Below are positions 50,701 to 62,700 of a stretch of 64,000 nucleotides of DNA, in pieces. The stretch comes from Phoronis australis (lineage: Eukaryota > Animalia > Phoronida). Under the pieces are notes generated by a model. It was not told the origin of the DNA. It did not search any database and worked only from the letters and a program-made list of their open reading frames with translations. How positions within the stretch are numbered: position 1 is the stretch's first letter; each line of letters opens with the position of its first letter. The stretch spans positions 133,540 through 197,539 of the forward strand of contig NMRA01000356.1 of NCBI GenBank assembly GCA_002633005.1. Reading direction: 5' to 3'. Position numbers and translations under genes: made by a program.

Positions 50701-53700
50701 AGTGGCAGCAAGACAAAGTACAACCTAAGTGACAGCAAGACTAAATACAACCTAAGTGACAACAAGGCTAAGTACAACCTAAAGAGACAACTAGACTAAG
50801 TACAACCTGGGCTAAGAGAATTACCCACTTTGTGATGTAATGGTCATGTCTGGAAATAAGCTGTGTCGGTTGGTAGCCATTGTAGTTTTGATCACTCTTC
50901 TTAATCTTTATGGAAAAATGATAAAGCATAAGTGCACCTTTGAAGTGGACTGAATGTTGATTTCGTCAAAAGGTTGTTTTTTTATAGGTTTTTAATAGCA
51001 GTAAGAACTAAAAGTTGCTAGATCTGAGTTGGTGAAGGTCATTAAAATTCCAATTAAACAGAATTTTTTATCTTATACATCAAAATGAATCATGACCTTT
51101 GACCCAGCCATGTACGTCAGCATTCTTTGCCAATTATCACTGAAATTTTAAGCATTGTCCTCAGAATAGTCTGAAACATTGGTCATCAAATGTCAATGAC
51201 CTCAACGCACGTGTAGAAAGAATTTAAACCTTTGTGAATTTTCATAAAATCTTGAATAGTCAATCAAAAATGGAAAAACACGGATTCAGGAAGTCTAAGC
51301 ATAATTAAAGTAATCTTTCTGAATTTTTGTTTGCAGTTGTATTATTTTTCATGGCATTTCTAAAAAAGTACCGTGACAGCAAAAATTCACGGCTTCCTCC
51401 TGTATAAGGCATGTGGTTCGGTCTTGTCTTTTCCAGCTGCTCCACCAGAATTGATTGGATCACCAACCGTGAGATATGAACAGGGTAATGACAAGGTGTT
51501 TATTGTCTCCTGGCGGTCGGATTCAAGTCGTGTGGACAGATGTGCGTTACAGTGGGGGACGTACACTACTACTGCATACAATTTCAGATATTTTGATCTT
51601 GTTATTAACGAGACTGTTGTCTGGGCTGTAAGTTATTATAATCTTATACCTAATGTATAGTACCTTGCTTACTAGATATAACATTTTTTTCAGTTACTTA
51701 AATGAAAATTACTACTTGAAAATACAAAGTAACATGATTGGAAACCTGGAAGAGAACACAAATATCATAGCACAGGTGGTCATAGTGAGAACTGTTTCAT
51801 ACTAGACACATATATATGTCTTCGTACTAAACACATATGTATGTCTTCATACTAGACACATTTATATGTCTTCATAATACACACATATATATATGTCTTC
51901 ATACTACACACATATGTATGTCTTCATACTAGACACATTTATATGTCTTCATAATACACACACATATATATGTCTTCATACTACACACATAATAATATGT
52001 ATGTCTTCATACTAGACACATTTATAGGTCTTCATAATAAACACATACATATATGTCTTCATACTACACACATATGTATGTCTTCATACTAGACACATTT
52101 ATAGGTCTTCATAATAAACACATACATATATGTCTTCATACTACACACATATGTATGTCTTCATACTAGACACGTATAATGTCTTCGCACTACACACATA
52201 TATATGTCTTCATACTAGACACACACACACACACANNNNNNNNNNNNNNNNNNNNNNNNNNNNNNNNNNNNNCGCACACACACACACATACACACACACA
52301 CACACAACACACACACACAACACACACACACAACACACACACAACACACACACACAACACACACACATATATATATGTCCTCAAATACCATTCGAACATG
52401 CTTATGACTATAAATACATGCTTATATCCAAGTAGACTACAAAGACTTCAACATCAAACAAGTAACAATGAGATGGAAAATCCAGCAGATAATCTGAGAA
52501 ATTCCTGCTCACACTGTAAATATATTTCAAAATTCATTTACACACATTTCTGCCTTGAATCTGCTATAATTCCAAATGCTTTCAAAAACCAACTTTCATT
52601 AGAAATTTGATATTCAACATCAGGTTTTTCAAGCATTTTACACCCCATGATTGAATATTGAGGCAATTTGTAGTGAATAGCTAACAATTATGTGACAGTT
52701 TTGGTGTAATAATACAACTCACTCTTCTATCCAAGAACATGAAGGTTACTCAGGTGAAAAAATGAGAACATTCCAAGAGATCTCTTAGGGTGATCTGTTA
52801 ATTTGTTGATCTGCAGTTTGTGAGAATAGATCAACATAGCTACTGGATACATTTGTGCTGTATCATTTATTTCCAATTTCTTGTAAGTTTCATGAACCAC
52901 TGAGACAAGTAAATAAAATGTTGGTTCAAAAATCTGTAATTTCTGTAGCTCTGTAATGTCCTCATAGGAAGTATGACTGAGCCTGTCCAAACCATATTAG
53001 TGTGACTACTTTATGGAAAACTAGTGAAATTCCCCATTTGATTCACTTCGGAACGTCATATCTCAGAACTGGCTGATTGGATTTTTATGAAACTGTACTA
53101 TGCTTTATGGATTCTTACCTCACTTGAAAGTGACTTTTGTAGTACATGGGTTAGAATAACTCTTGTTACTTCAGTAACACTGCTGTCAATCTTTGAAATA
53201 TCATATTAAGACTGGTGTAGCAATTATTTGTGCACTAAATAACCAGAATTATTGTTCATGTAGTGTTATCTTATTTAACAGCCAGCCACATCTGCTCGTA
53301 TTGACACCAGTGAATATCAAGGCAAGGAGGTTGGAATTAGGGTACGTATGACATGGTCTTTCTGTCAAATGGATTTCTGTGGTTTTTATATGTTTGTGTG
53401 GGGCATTAAGGTCACGTACGTACTTCCTGGCTGAAATATTAAGTTTCTTATTTGAGGATTATGGATTGAATTTATCTTGACATTGTCACCATTGTCTACT
53501 ACTGACATTCATTAAAAGTGTTTTGATTGAAATATTACCAAGCATGATTTTTATTGGTGATTTGGATTTTTTCCCCAAAAAGCATTTCATTTATCATGAA
53601 GAACTACACAATCATACTCATTTGGTGTAAAACATTGTTCAAAGCATTGATATGAAGAAAGTGAAAAATCAGGCAGGTGAACTTGGTCATGTTGGTATTA

Positions 53701-56700
53701 CTGTCAAATATCAATGTTTGAAAGAACAAATTGAAAAGTGGCGTTGACAGTTATGTTGAATAGCATCACTGACCTGAACAACATCACTGTGCTCTCCCTT
53801 CCACAGTATGCATCCTTCCAGAGCGTCGAATTTTAATTTTTTCTTGACACCTTTGGCATACTTGCATTGAGTATAACGACCAAAACAAGTTTGACGTATG
53901 GGAGATTAGTCATTTCACAAGTTAGAACATTTCATATTTTTGGTTCCAGTCCATTGCATTTATTCCAAGACTTAACACACACACACAAACTCGCCACAGT
54001 ATGAACATGGACTTTTGAACACGTTCACGAGTTTTGTAATTCCAGTTGAGTTTGAATTTTCCATTGTATAGAAAATAACCTTCCATTGTTATGTGTAGTG
54101 TTTATCATCACCAGTTTAAGTTTGAATTTTCTTTATTTTAGATTGTGCCTTTGGCTGAGGGTCAACTCACCCCTGATAATTGGGGCTTCAAGGAGATCTA
54201 TCCTTTAAGAGTGAAATGTGAGTGAATATATTCCTAGATTACATGCTGTTCTGCTAGTTAAACTATGCATTATTAAGTCTAAGAATAATAGTCTGAATGT
54301 GTCCTCAGTTGTGGTCACTTATATGGTATTGGTGAGGTGCACCTTGACGTGTCTATAGTGTGTTTAAATGTGTCCTCTGTTGTGGTCACTTATATGGTAT
54401 TGGTGAGGTGCACCTTGACGTGTCTATAGTGTGTTTGAATGTGTCCTCTGTTGTGGTCACTTACATAGTATTGGTGAGGTGCACCTTGACATGTCTGTAA
54501 AGTGTTTGAATGTGTCCTCTGTTGTGGTCACATATATGGTATTGGTGAGGTGCACCTTGACGTATCTATAGTGTGTTTGAATGTGTCCTCTGTTGTGGTC
54601 ACTTATATAGTATTGGTGAGGTGCACCTTGACATGTCTGTAAAGTGTTTGAATGTGTCCTCTGGTTTGGTCACTTTTCTGGTATTGGTGAGGTGCACCTT
54701 GACATGATTGGAGTGTGTTTGGTTTTCATTATTGCACATAGTGTATGATTTGTTTTTGAATAGTAGTTTTTATAACTTTCTGTTGCTTTGAGATCCTTTA
54801 AGGTGTTGAACTAGTAGCTTAAATTAATGGTAGAGCTGTTACTTCAATCATACTAGACTAAGGGTTCAGTTACTTCAGCAATCTCAATTATTGGGTTCCA
54901 GTTAAGGACAAATTGGTTGGTGCCAGATGCTCACCTTCACTGTGTGCTTGAATAAGAGTTACAGTAATTATACACTTATATTTCATTTCAGTTTTGTAAC
55001 AAGATGCAAAAAGTAAGGATTAGATCAATCTGACTTTTGATGCTAATGACAAGCTTTGAACTAAAATGCAAACTTTAATATCTTGATAATGATCATAACT
55101 CTGTATAGATCCCGCTGTTGAGAACCCTGAATCACCAGGCATGTCCGGATATCCACCCAATGACTCTGTTAATGCTTGGAATCCACCTGCTGTGAACGGC
55201 AGCAAAACTACTTCTGTGGAAATAGACATGACGACGGAAAATCCTCTAATAAAGCCACCAGATGACAATGAAGGTTAGTGGTCAAAGGTCACCTAGTTAT
55301 GTCTGAGATTGTTTCTGGTGCAAAGTTCATCACAAAGATGTGTCTATACTGATTATGTTTCAATTATCATTAGTTGCTGTTTATGTCAGAGAGCATAACA
55401 TGCATCAGGATGTGGACAGATGTGAATATTACTATTTCCCTTGTGGCAATTTTAATTTTTGTGTCTCCCTCAACACCTACCTCATAACTAGACATATTTT
55501 CTTTAAATTTGGCATATGTTATGAAATCCTTTCTCAACCATGTCCAGTAGGTATCGTGACGTGGTGCTGGGGAATAACACTGCATGATGCGGGCTATGTG
55601 AGCCCCCAAGTTATGTCATTATTGCAAAGGTTATCTATTTGCAGATTTTTTGTTTTCACATTTTGTCATTGAATACCACTGCACTTCGTTTAGCGTAGAT
55701 GTCGTTCAAATAGCATTGACGTTTAGCATGCAAGGTCAGAGGAGGCAGTGTGGCTTAATGTCCGCTTACTTAACTCAAGGTTGCAGGTTCAAGTCCCCAT
55801 GGGGCACACTGCAAGACCCTTGACTCAGCTAGGTCTCTAGCTCCTCAGCTTGGTTTTAACTGTATGTATTATATGTATGTATTATATGTATGTATTGTAT
55901 ATGTATGTATTATATGTATGTATTATATGTATGTATTATATGTACCAGACCGCCTGCAACTATTTTTTTAAGTTAAGGTCATAAAAGAGACGATTGCATT
56001 ATTTTTGAGTTGCCAGATCAATTTGTCCACAAAAACTAGCTTAGACATGTTTGTGTAGCTTTTAAAGAATTTTACTAAAATGATGCTAGCAAGCATTTTT
56101 TCTTTAAACAGTGAGGTGCAGGTTTCAAAGTGAGACAGCCGCTGACCAAAACCAATTAGGATATTTCTGTGTCATAGCATTTGCCTGGTTTTGTATGGAG
56201 CTGTGCCAGTTGGTGCCAATTATATTTTGATATCAACGTATCTAGTTCCAACCTCTGTGCCAATTATATTTTGATACCAACATATCTATATTCCAACCTC
56301 TGTGCCAATTATATTTTGATATTAACATATCTATATTCCAACCTCTGTGCCAATTATATTTTGATATCAACGTATCTATATTCCAACCTCTGTGCCAATT
56401 ATATTTTGATATCAACGTATCTATATTCCAACCTCTGTGCCAATTATATTTTGATATCAACATATCTATATTCCAACCTCTGTGCCAATTATATTTTGAT
56501 ATCAACATATCTATATTCCAACCTCTGTGCCAATTATATTTTGATACCAACGTATCTATATTCCAACCTCTGTGCCAATTGATCATAACATTTGAGAATT
56601 ATGGATCAGCCAAGGATAGAACAAGTCCTGCCAGTTTTGGCAATTCTGATTTGGGGTGTGTACTCAACTACCAATCTTACTTATTTGTGTACTCCACAAA

Positions 56701-59700
56701 CCTAATTTTTTCCCTCAAACTAATCTGAAGAGGGCAATTTTGTCCAACAAGTCTGACAAGTGCTGCACCCTAGTGGTAATTTGACTGTTCACGTATGTGG
56801 CTATCTGAGAAGCTGTGAACTGAACTTGTTATGACAGATTTATGACTAAATTATTCAAGGCAGTAAGAACAATCCATACAAGATGATGTAAGTCTTGATA
56901 TTTGTTTAGTTTTGTCAATTAAGTTAGTTTAAAGCAGCATTCAACCCACGCATTCTGTAACAAAAGTTTTAATTTTGGCCACTTACCATTAAAAATTGGT
57001 CTTATTGTCCTAGCTCAGTTTAGAAGTGGTCTCTTAATAGTCTCATAAAGTCTGGTCTGAAGAAATAATGATCTGTAAGTTCTTCCATAGTCCAGAAATC
57101 GTTCATTTGAGTACGGAACGATTTGAGACCATGTTAACGACATTAAGTGGCTTAAATCCAAAGTTGTTTTTTGATGGAAAGCGTGGTTTTAATGCCACTT
57201 TAACATGGAGCAACATTTTGAGCAAGCATAGTGCATGCTTAACAAACTTCCATTTTTGGGGCATATTATGCTGTACTGACTGTAGTTGATCAGTTGTTGT
57301 TCTATTAAACAGTGACATAAGATATTTTACATGTGGTTATCCAGACTTAAACAAAGATGTGCTGAACACTTCATATCTATATAGTGTGGAAACTTGTAAA
57401 ACACTTTGAAATCTGATAAAAATATTCATTAAAAAACACAAGCTTGTAAGCCTTAATAGGTGCAGCTCTCCATCAGCTTGTAAGCCTTAATAGGTGCAGC
57501 TCTTCATCAGCTTGTAAGCCTTAATAGGTGCAGCTCTCCATCAGCTATGAAAACAAGTGGTGCAAAAACATTCTTAAATCAACCTGTTCTGGATTCTTCT
57601 CTAATTTTATCTCGACACATGTCATTTGGAGCTTATTCTTAATGTAATTTTATCATTCTGTATATGTTGTATTTTTCTTTATTGTCTCTGCCAGAACCTG
57701 CCAAGAAGGTGGAGCTGTCAACATCACCAATTGTTCTTGCTATTTCACTTCCGTGTTCCTTGGTAGTCCTAATTGTGGTCATAGCTGCCGTAGCTGGTAC
57801 ATGCTTTAAACAGAAGGCAAAGCGTACGTCAAAGGCCAACGTCAGTTTTATTGACAATAACTTCAACTTCTACAAGTCTGTCATTGCAAATGAGAGAAAG
57901 TAAGTCACATTTTGTCCTAGCACTATTGTCTTAACTACCGTAAACTAGATGTTCTCAGTAGAAAGCTTTGCTCTTGACTGTTTTGCTGTACCGTGGTGAA
58001 CAGTTACCCCAGTGCAAGTTGTCTAGAAAGGAAATGATTCAGTGCAAACGATTGTCTGCAAAAAGTTTCCTGATGCATTTTGACACTTGCATTTTGACAT
58101 CTTTTCAACCTGCACTCATACAACTTGCCTCGGTGTCACTGATCATGTGGATGTAAACAGAACGTAACTCTCCAAGAGATACTAATTCACTTTAATGTAT
58201 ACGGGATCCCTTTCTGGCTATGCTTTTACAAAGTGAAATTCTTTTATCACTGCCATCTTGAAGTGCATATACCATCACAGCTGATACATAATTACGTATT
58301 ACAAACTTGTTATTCATTAACGACTTGTTACCTGCGGCCTGTATTCCTTAAGTAGTGCGGTTCCTATCATATTTGTGAGATATTCAAATTAATAGTACAC
58401 ACAGTCAAGTTGCAATGCTGCAAGGTTAAGTTATACTAAAATGCTGCATTCCTTCTAACCAAAACTATATTGTAAATTTTACTTACTAGAATTGTGTTCT
58501 TGAAACCATTTAATCATGTCTGTTGTTTCCATACCTAACCTTTGACCTTTTTACAGAGTATAGATTTTTGGGATATTTTTTGTTGATTTACTTTGGTCAT
58601 TTTTTGAATGTGCAATTTCCTGCAAACCATTGCTAAAGTTATATGTTAATTTCCTCTATATGTGAAATGATCAAACATTCTTAATCTGAGAATCATGCAA
58701 GATTTACTATTTCAGTCTAGAGTTTTCAGTTTGGAAAAGACAGTACTTTTACAAATTGTGACCTGAATACTGATGATGCCTGTAGTGACTAAATCTTGAA
58801 ACTACTTACCATATTACTTGAAATTTTTGTCATTGACCTGTTTTCAAACTATTGGTCTCATTCTGTGCATGCAGTATAATGTCCTGGCTGTATGCAGTAT
58901 AATGTCCTGGCTGTATGCAGTATAATGTCCTGGCTGTATGCAGTATAATGTCCTGGCTGTATGCAGTATAATGTCCTGGCTGTATGCAGTATAATGTCCT
59001 GGCTGCATGCAGTATAATGTCCTGGCTGCATGCAGTATAATGTCCTGGCTGTATGCAGTATAATGTCCTGGCTGTTTCCTGTATTTAGATATGTCTTTTT
59101 GACACAGTGTATTATCACACCAACAATGATTCTTTCATTTCTGTCCCACACATCCTCTATAACCCGGCAGTTACATTCATCAAAATATTGAGAATTTGAC
59201 ATGTTTCCGTGAGTTGTGAGATTTGTTCAAAATACGAGAGCTTCCCACCTTAATAGAATTTGGAGGGTTGGCAAAACCATTGTCACATTTCTCTGGCCTG
59301 ATTTTTTTCGAATATATGTTTTATCTTGTGCACTACAGATGGAAACTCAGCGCGGCTGACAAAGTCGCTGAAAGCGGAGGTTTTGACGCCGGCGGCGTTC
59401 TTAAACTTTGCAAACATGGGAAGAAAATAAAGTGACAAAAACGTTGAAGTATTATATTTTGAAGTGAGTTCATGACCCAAGACAATAACTCGTTACTTGA
59501 ATTGTAATTCACATTGCTAAACCACCGTCTCGGAAGCCGCGTCGTTGTGCTCTTTGTGATCATCGATCTTTTTCTAAAAGTGGGGAAATCGCACGTTTCC
59601 TTAGCACTGGGCGCTAAATCTTCATTCTTCAAAAGGCGGGGATGGGCGCTTAACCGAGAGGTGGGCGCTTAACTGGAAATCTTAAAAAATTGCAGGGGGG

Positions 59701-62700
59701 CGCTTAACTGAGCAGTGGGCGGTTAAATCAAAAATCCACCTAAAGTAAGGGGTGGGCGGTTAACTGAGCATGGGTGTTAACCCAAACATTTACGGTAGTC
59801 TCTGTTTCTCTTCCCCAGCCCACTCTACCCACAATGCAGTTTGATTGACGATGAGTTTGAAATATCACCCAATTGTCTGGAACTTGGTGATATGCTTGGA
59901 CAAGGTGCATTTGGAATGGTCCGAGAGGCCAAGTTACTGTCTGGCAAATGGCTGCCAAAGGACACCACAGTCGCGGTGAAGATGTTGCTTGGTAGGAATT
60001 AGTTTTTGACAAATTCATTTTAAAAAATATTTCTGCTGAAATTGAATCATTTCTTTAACATTTGAGACCATTTTTGATTACTTGTTAGCAACTCTCATTC
60101 TGTTGTTTGCGTCAAAATAGGAGACGCAAGAAGACTCAACTCTGTCAAAATAATGTAACACAATTTGAGCATAGTGGTACCTATCAAAGGAAAATCAAAT
60201 TGGATATTTTATGTTTTATTATGTCTGAATTAGCAAAGCTCATGTACAACTGTTACATCTATTTTTCAGACCTTGCCACAGACAATCAAAAGCAAGAATT
60301 TCTTCAAGAGATTATTGTGATGAAGAACTTGGGCAAGCATCCAAACATTGTCAGTATGGTTGGTTATTGCAGTGTTTGTGAGCCCATGTTTGTTGTCGTG
60401 GAACACATGTGTAACGGAGACCTGGTGCACTTCCTTAGACAACATAGAACTCCATCAGCTGGGGTAGGTGCTAGTGCGTGAACTGTGGGGAGTGCTTGAG
60501 GGACTAAAGGCTAGTTCATAGTGAAGACGGAGAGAAAGATAAGGGTTGTGTGTGGGGGAGAATCCGCATGAGGTAATTCATACGGAAGCATTAGGATAAT
60601 GCTAGTAGGAGAATGTTGGCGGATGCATGGGTCTTTGAGAAGTGACCGAGAATGTAGGAGGATGCTTGTGAGACTGGAAGAATACTGGAAGACACATAAA
60701 GCAATGCTAGTAGGAGAATGGTTATTATTGAATGTTTGTGACGGTAGTATACTGGTGGTAGAGTATACTGAGTAATTGTAAACAGTTGTCATGGCAAGAA
60801 GGTGTTGATGTGCAGTCATGCTCTGCACTCTCTCTCTCTCTCTCACTCCCTCTCTCTATAAATATTCACCTGAATTATCTGTTTTTACTATTTACATTTT
60901 CATTAACAACATTTAATAAAAAGTGAGAGGTTAGAATACCCTCCTTTCATTCATTATTCACTTAGAGATATGCATGATACTTGCAACTAAAACTGTCATC
61001 TTGCAGATCAGCTGTCAATGACGTCCACAACATCTTGTTTTGTTCACGTTTTGCTATTGATTTATGAGTTTCAATGTCATGTACACTTATTGACATATCA
61101 TTCCTTTTACATGAGTGGAAATCTGTTACATTGTAAACAATTGACTATAGGTGAGTACATAGTGACCCACTAAGGTGCAGTGACAATCTGTTACATTACA
61201 AACAGTTGACTATTAGTACTGGTAGTGACCCACTAAGGTGCTGGTGACATTAGTCTGTGAACAGGCATGGATCCAGGATTATTAAGTACAAACATAGGGG
61301 TGTTTGGGATTCGTCAATTATGGCAGTGAAAAACTGAGCAAGCATGAGGGTTCTGATATAGATTGATATTTGTGATATTTATTGATATTTATTTCCCCCT
61401 TCAGGATATACATCACTGTTGATGGAAGGATACTCATTGTGTTTTGTGGTGTTATTTTAGGATGTTTCGAACAAAAGACAAAAGTTGACGTATCAAGATC
61501 TGCTGTCCTTTGCTCGTCAAATTTCCATTGGAATGGTATGTATGGAATTATAACCGATTCTTCTAACTTGTATTCAAAACAAGAAAATGTTTATGTGCTG
61601 CCATTCACAGAGTATGAATATTCATGTGTAGTCATGAATATTCATGTGTAGTCATTAAACTCTCATTTCAATCCATGTAGCTGTCGTGTAATTCTCGCTG
61701 ATTGAGCACTGATCACCAAAACCGTGCAATACACATCAATGAAAAAAGACCAATAACTTTTAATATATTACCTTTCAATTTGACACGCGTCACTATTGAA
61801 GGGTTTTCAGAAAACTCCATGATGATTCCACTGACATTACATTCAAGGGTATTTTTTACATGTTACACTCATAAATGACTTTTGAGTTTATTACCTACAA
61901 CTCACAAATCTTACAGTGAAATTGATTACACCCTAATTTTGTTATTTATGCCGACTCGAATATTGACGGTCATTGAAAAGTATTGAAATGTCAAAAGGGC
62001 TGGCAAATGAAAATACAGCGACACAGAAGTATGTTTTTTCAGTTTCTTCAGTGTTTAAAATTTCATTTTTTCAGGTTGTCAACTGATTTTCTGAAATATT
62101 AGTCATTTTTGGCTACACAGGTTTTTGACTCATGGCAATTCCATTCTCTCTTGAAATTGAAACACTATTGTAAGTCATCTGGTCGATGATTCTTTAGTTT
62201 CATTCCAAAATTGACACCAGGATTACTTTGGCACAGAGCAGTAGCTTATAGTTATCGCAAAACACTGGAAGATCAATAACTGTTTGACCTCTTTGTTGTA
62301 TTCTTTATTAATCTAGTGGTTTTGTAATTTTGTAGAGCTTTGATTTATGATTTGTGGCGGCATTTCTAAAGATATCAAAGTTATCTTCTTAGGTTGCCTG
62401 CCTGGCAGCCAAAGTTGATTTTCTTTGGACTGACTACTGTGGCACCCCCTGGTGTCCATTTTGTGTTTTTGCCTCTGTTGTAATATCTAACTATTGAAGT
62501 TTCTTGATGAACCTCCAAGAAATTTCTTGTACATGGGGATTCTCCCGAAACAAGCCTCAACTTTTTTTCTGCTTTGCATAAACTTGCACAATTCTATCGC
62601 AAAGAAACGCTGAGGCACATGCCAGCAAAAGATGGTTCAACGCCGCCTATCAGCATTTTTACAGCAGTACTTGACGAGCGTATTTCACAGAGAAGCGCGT

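Noticed and set aside
56181-56586. Repetitive ORFs on both strands (also 50400-50603, 52130-52610, 58858-59202)
   Set aside because: By-products of stop-free minisatellite frames inside introns, with no splice or homology support
50393-59075. Regular short repeats as CRISPR arrays
   Set aside because: Head-to-tail repeats with no unique spacers, no cas genes, eukaryotic introns
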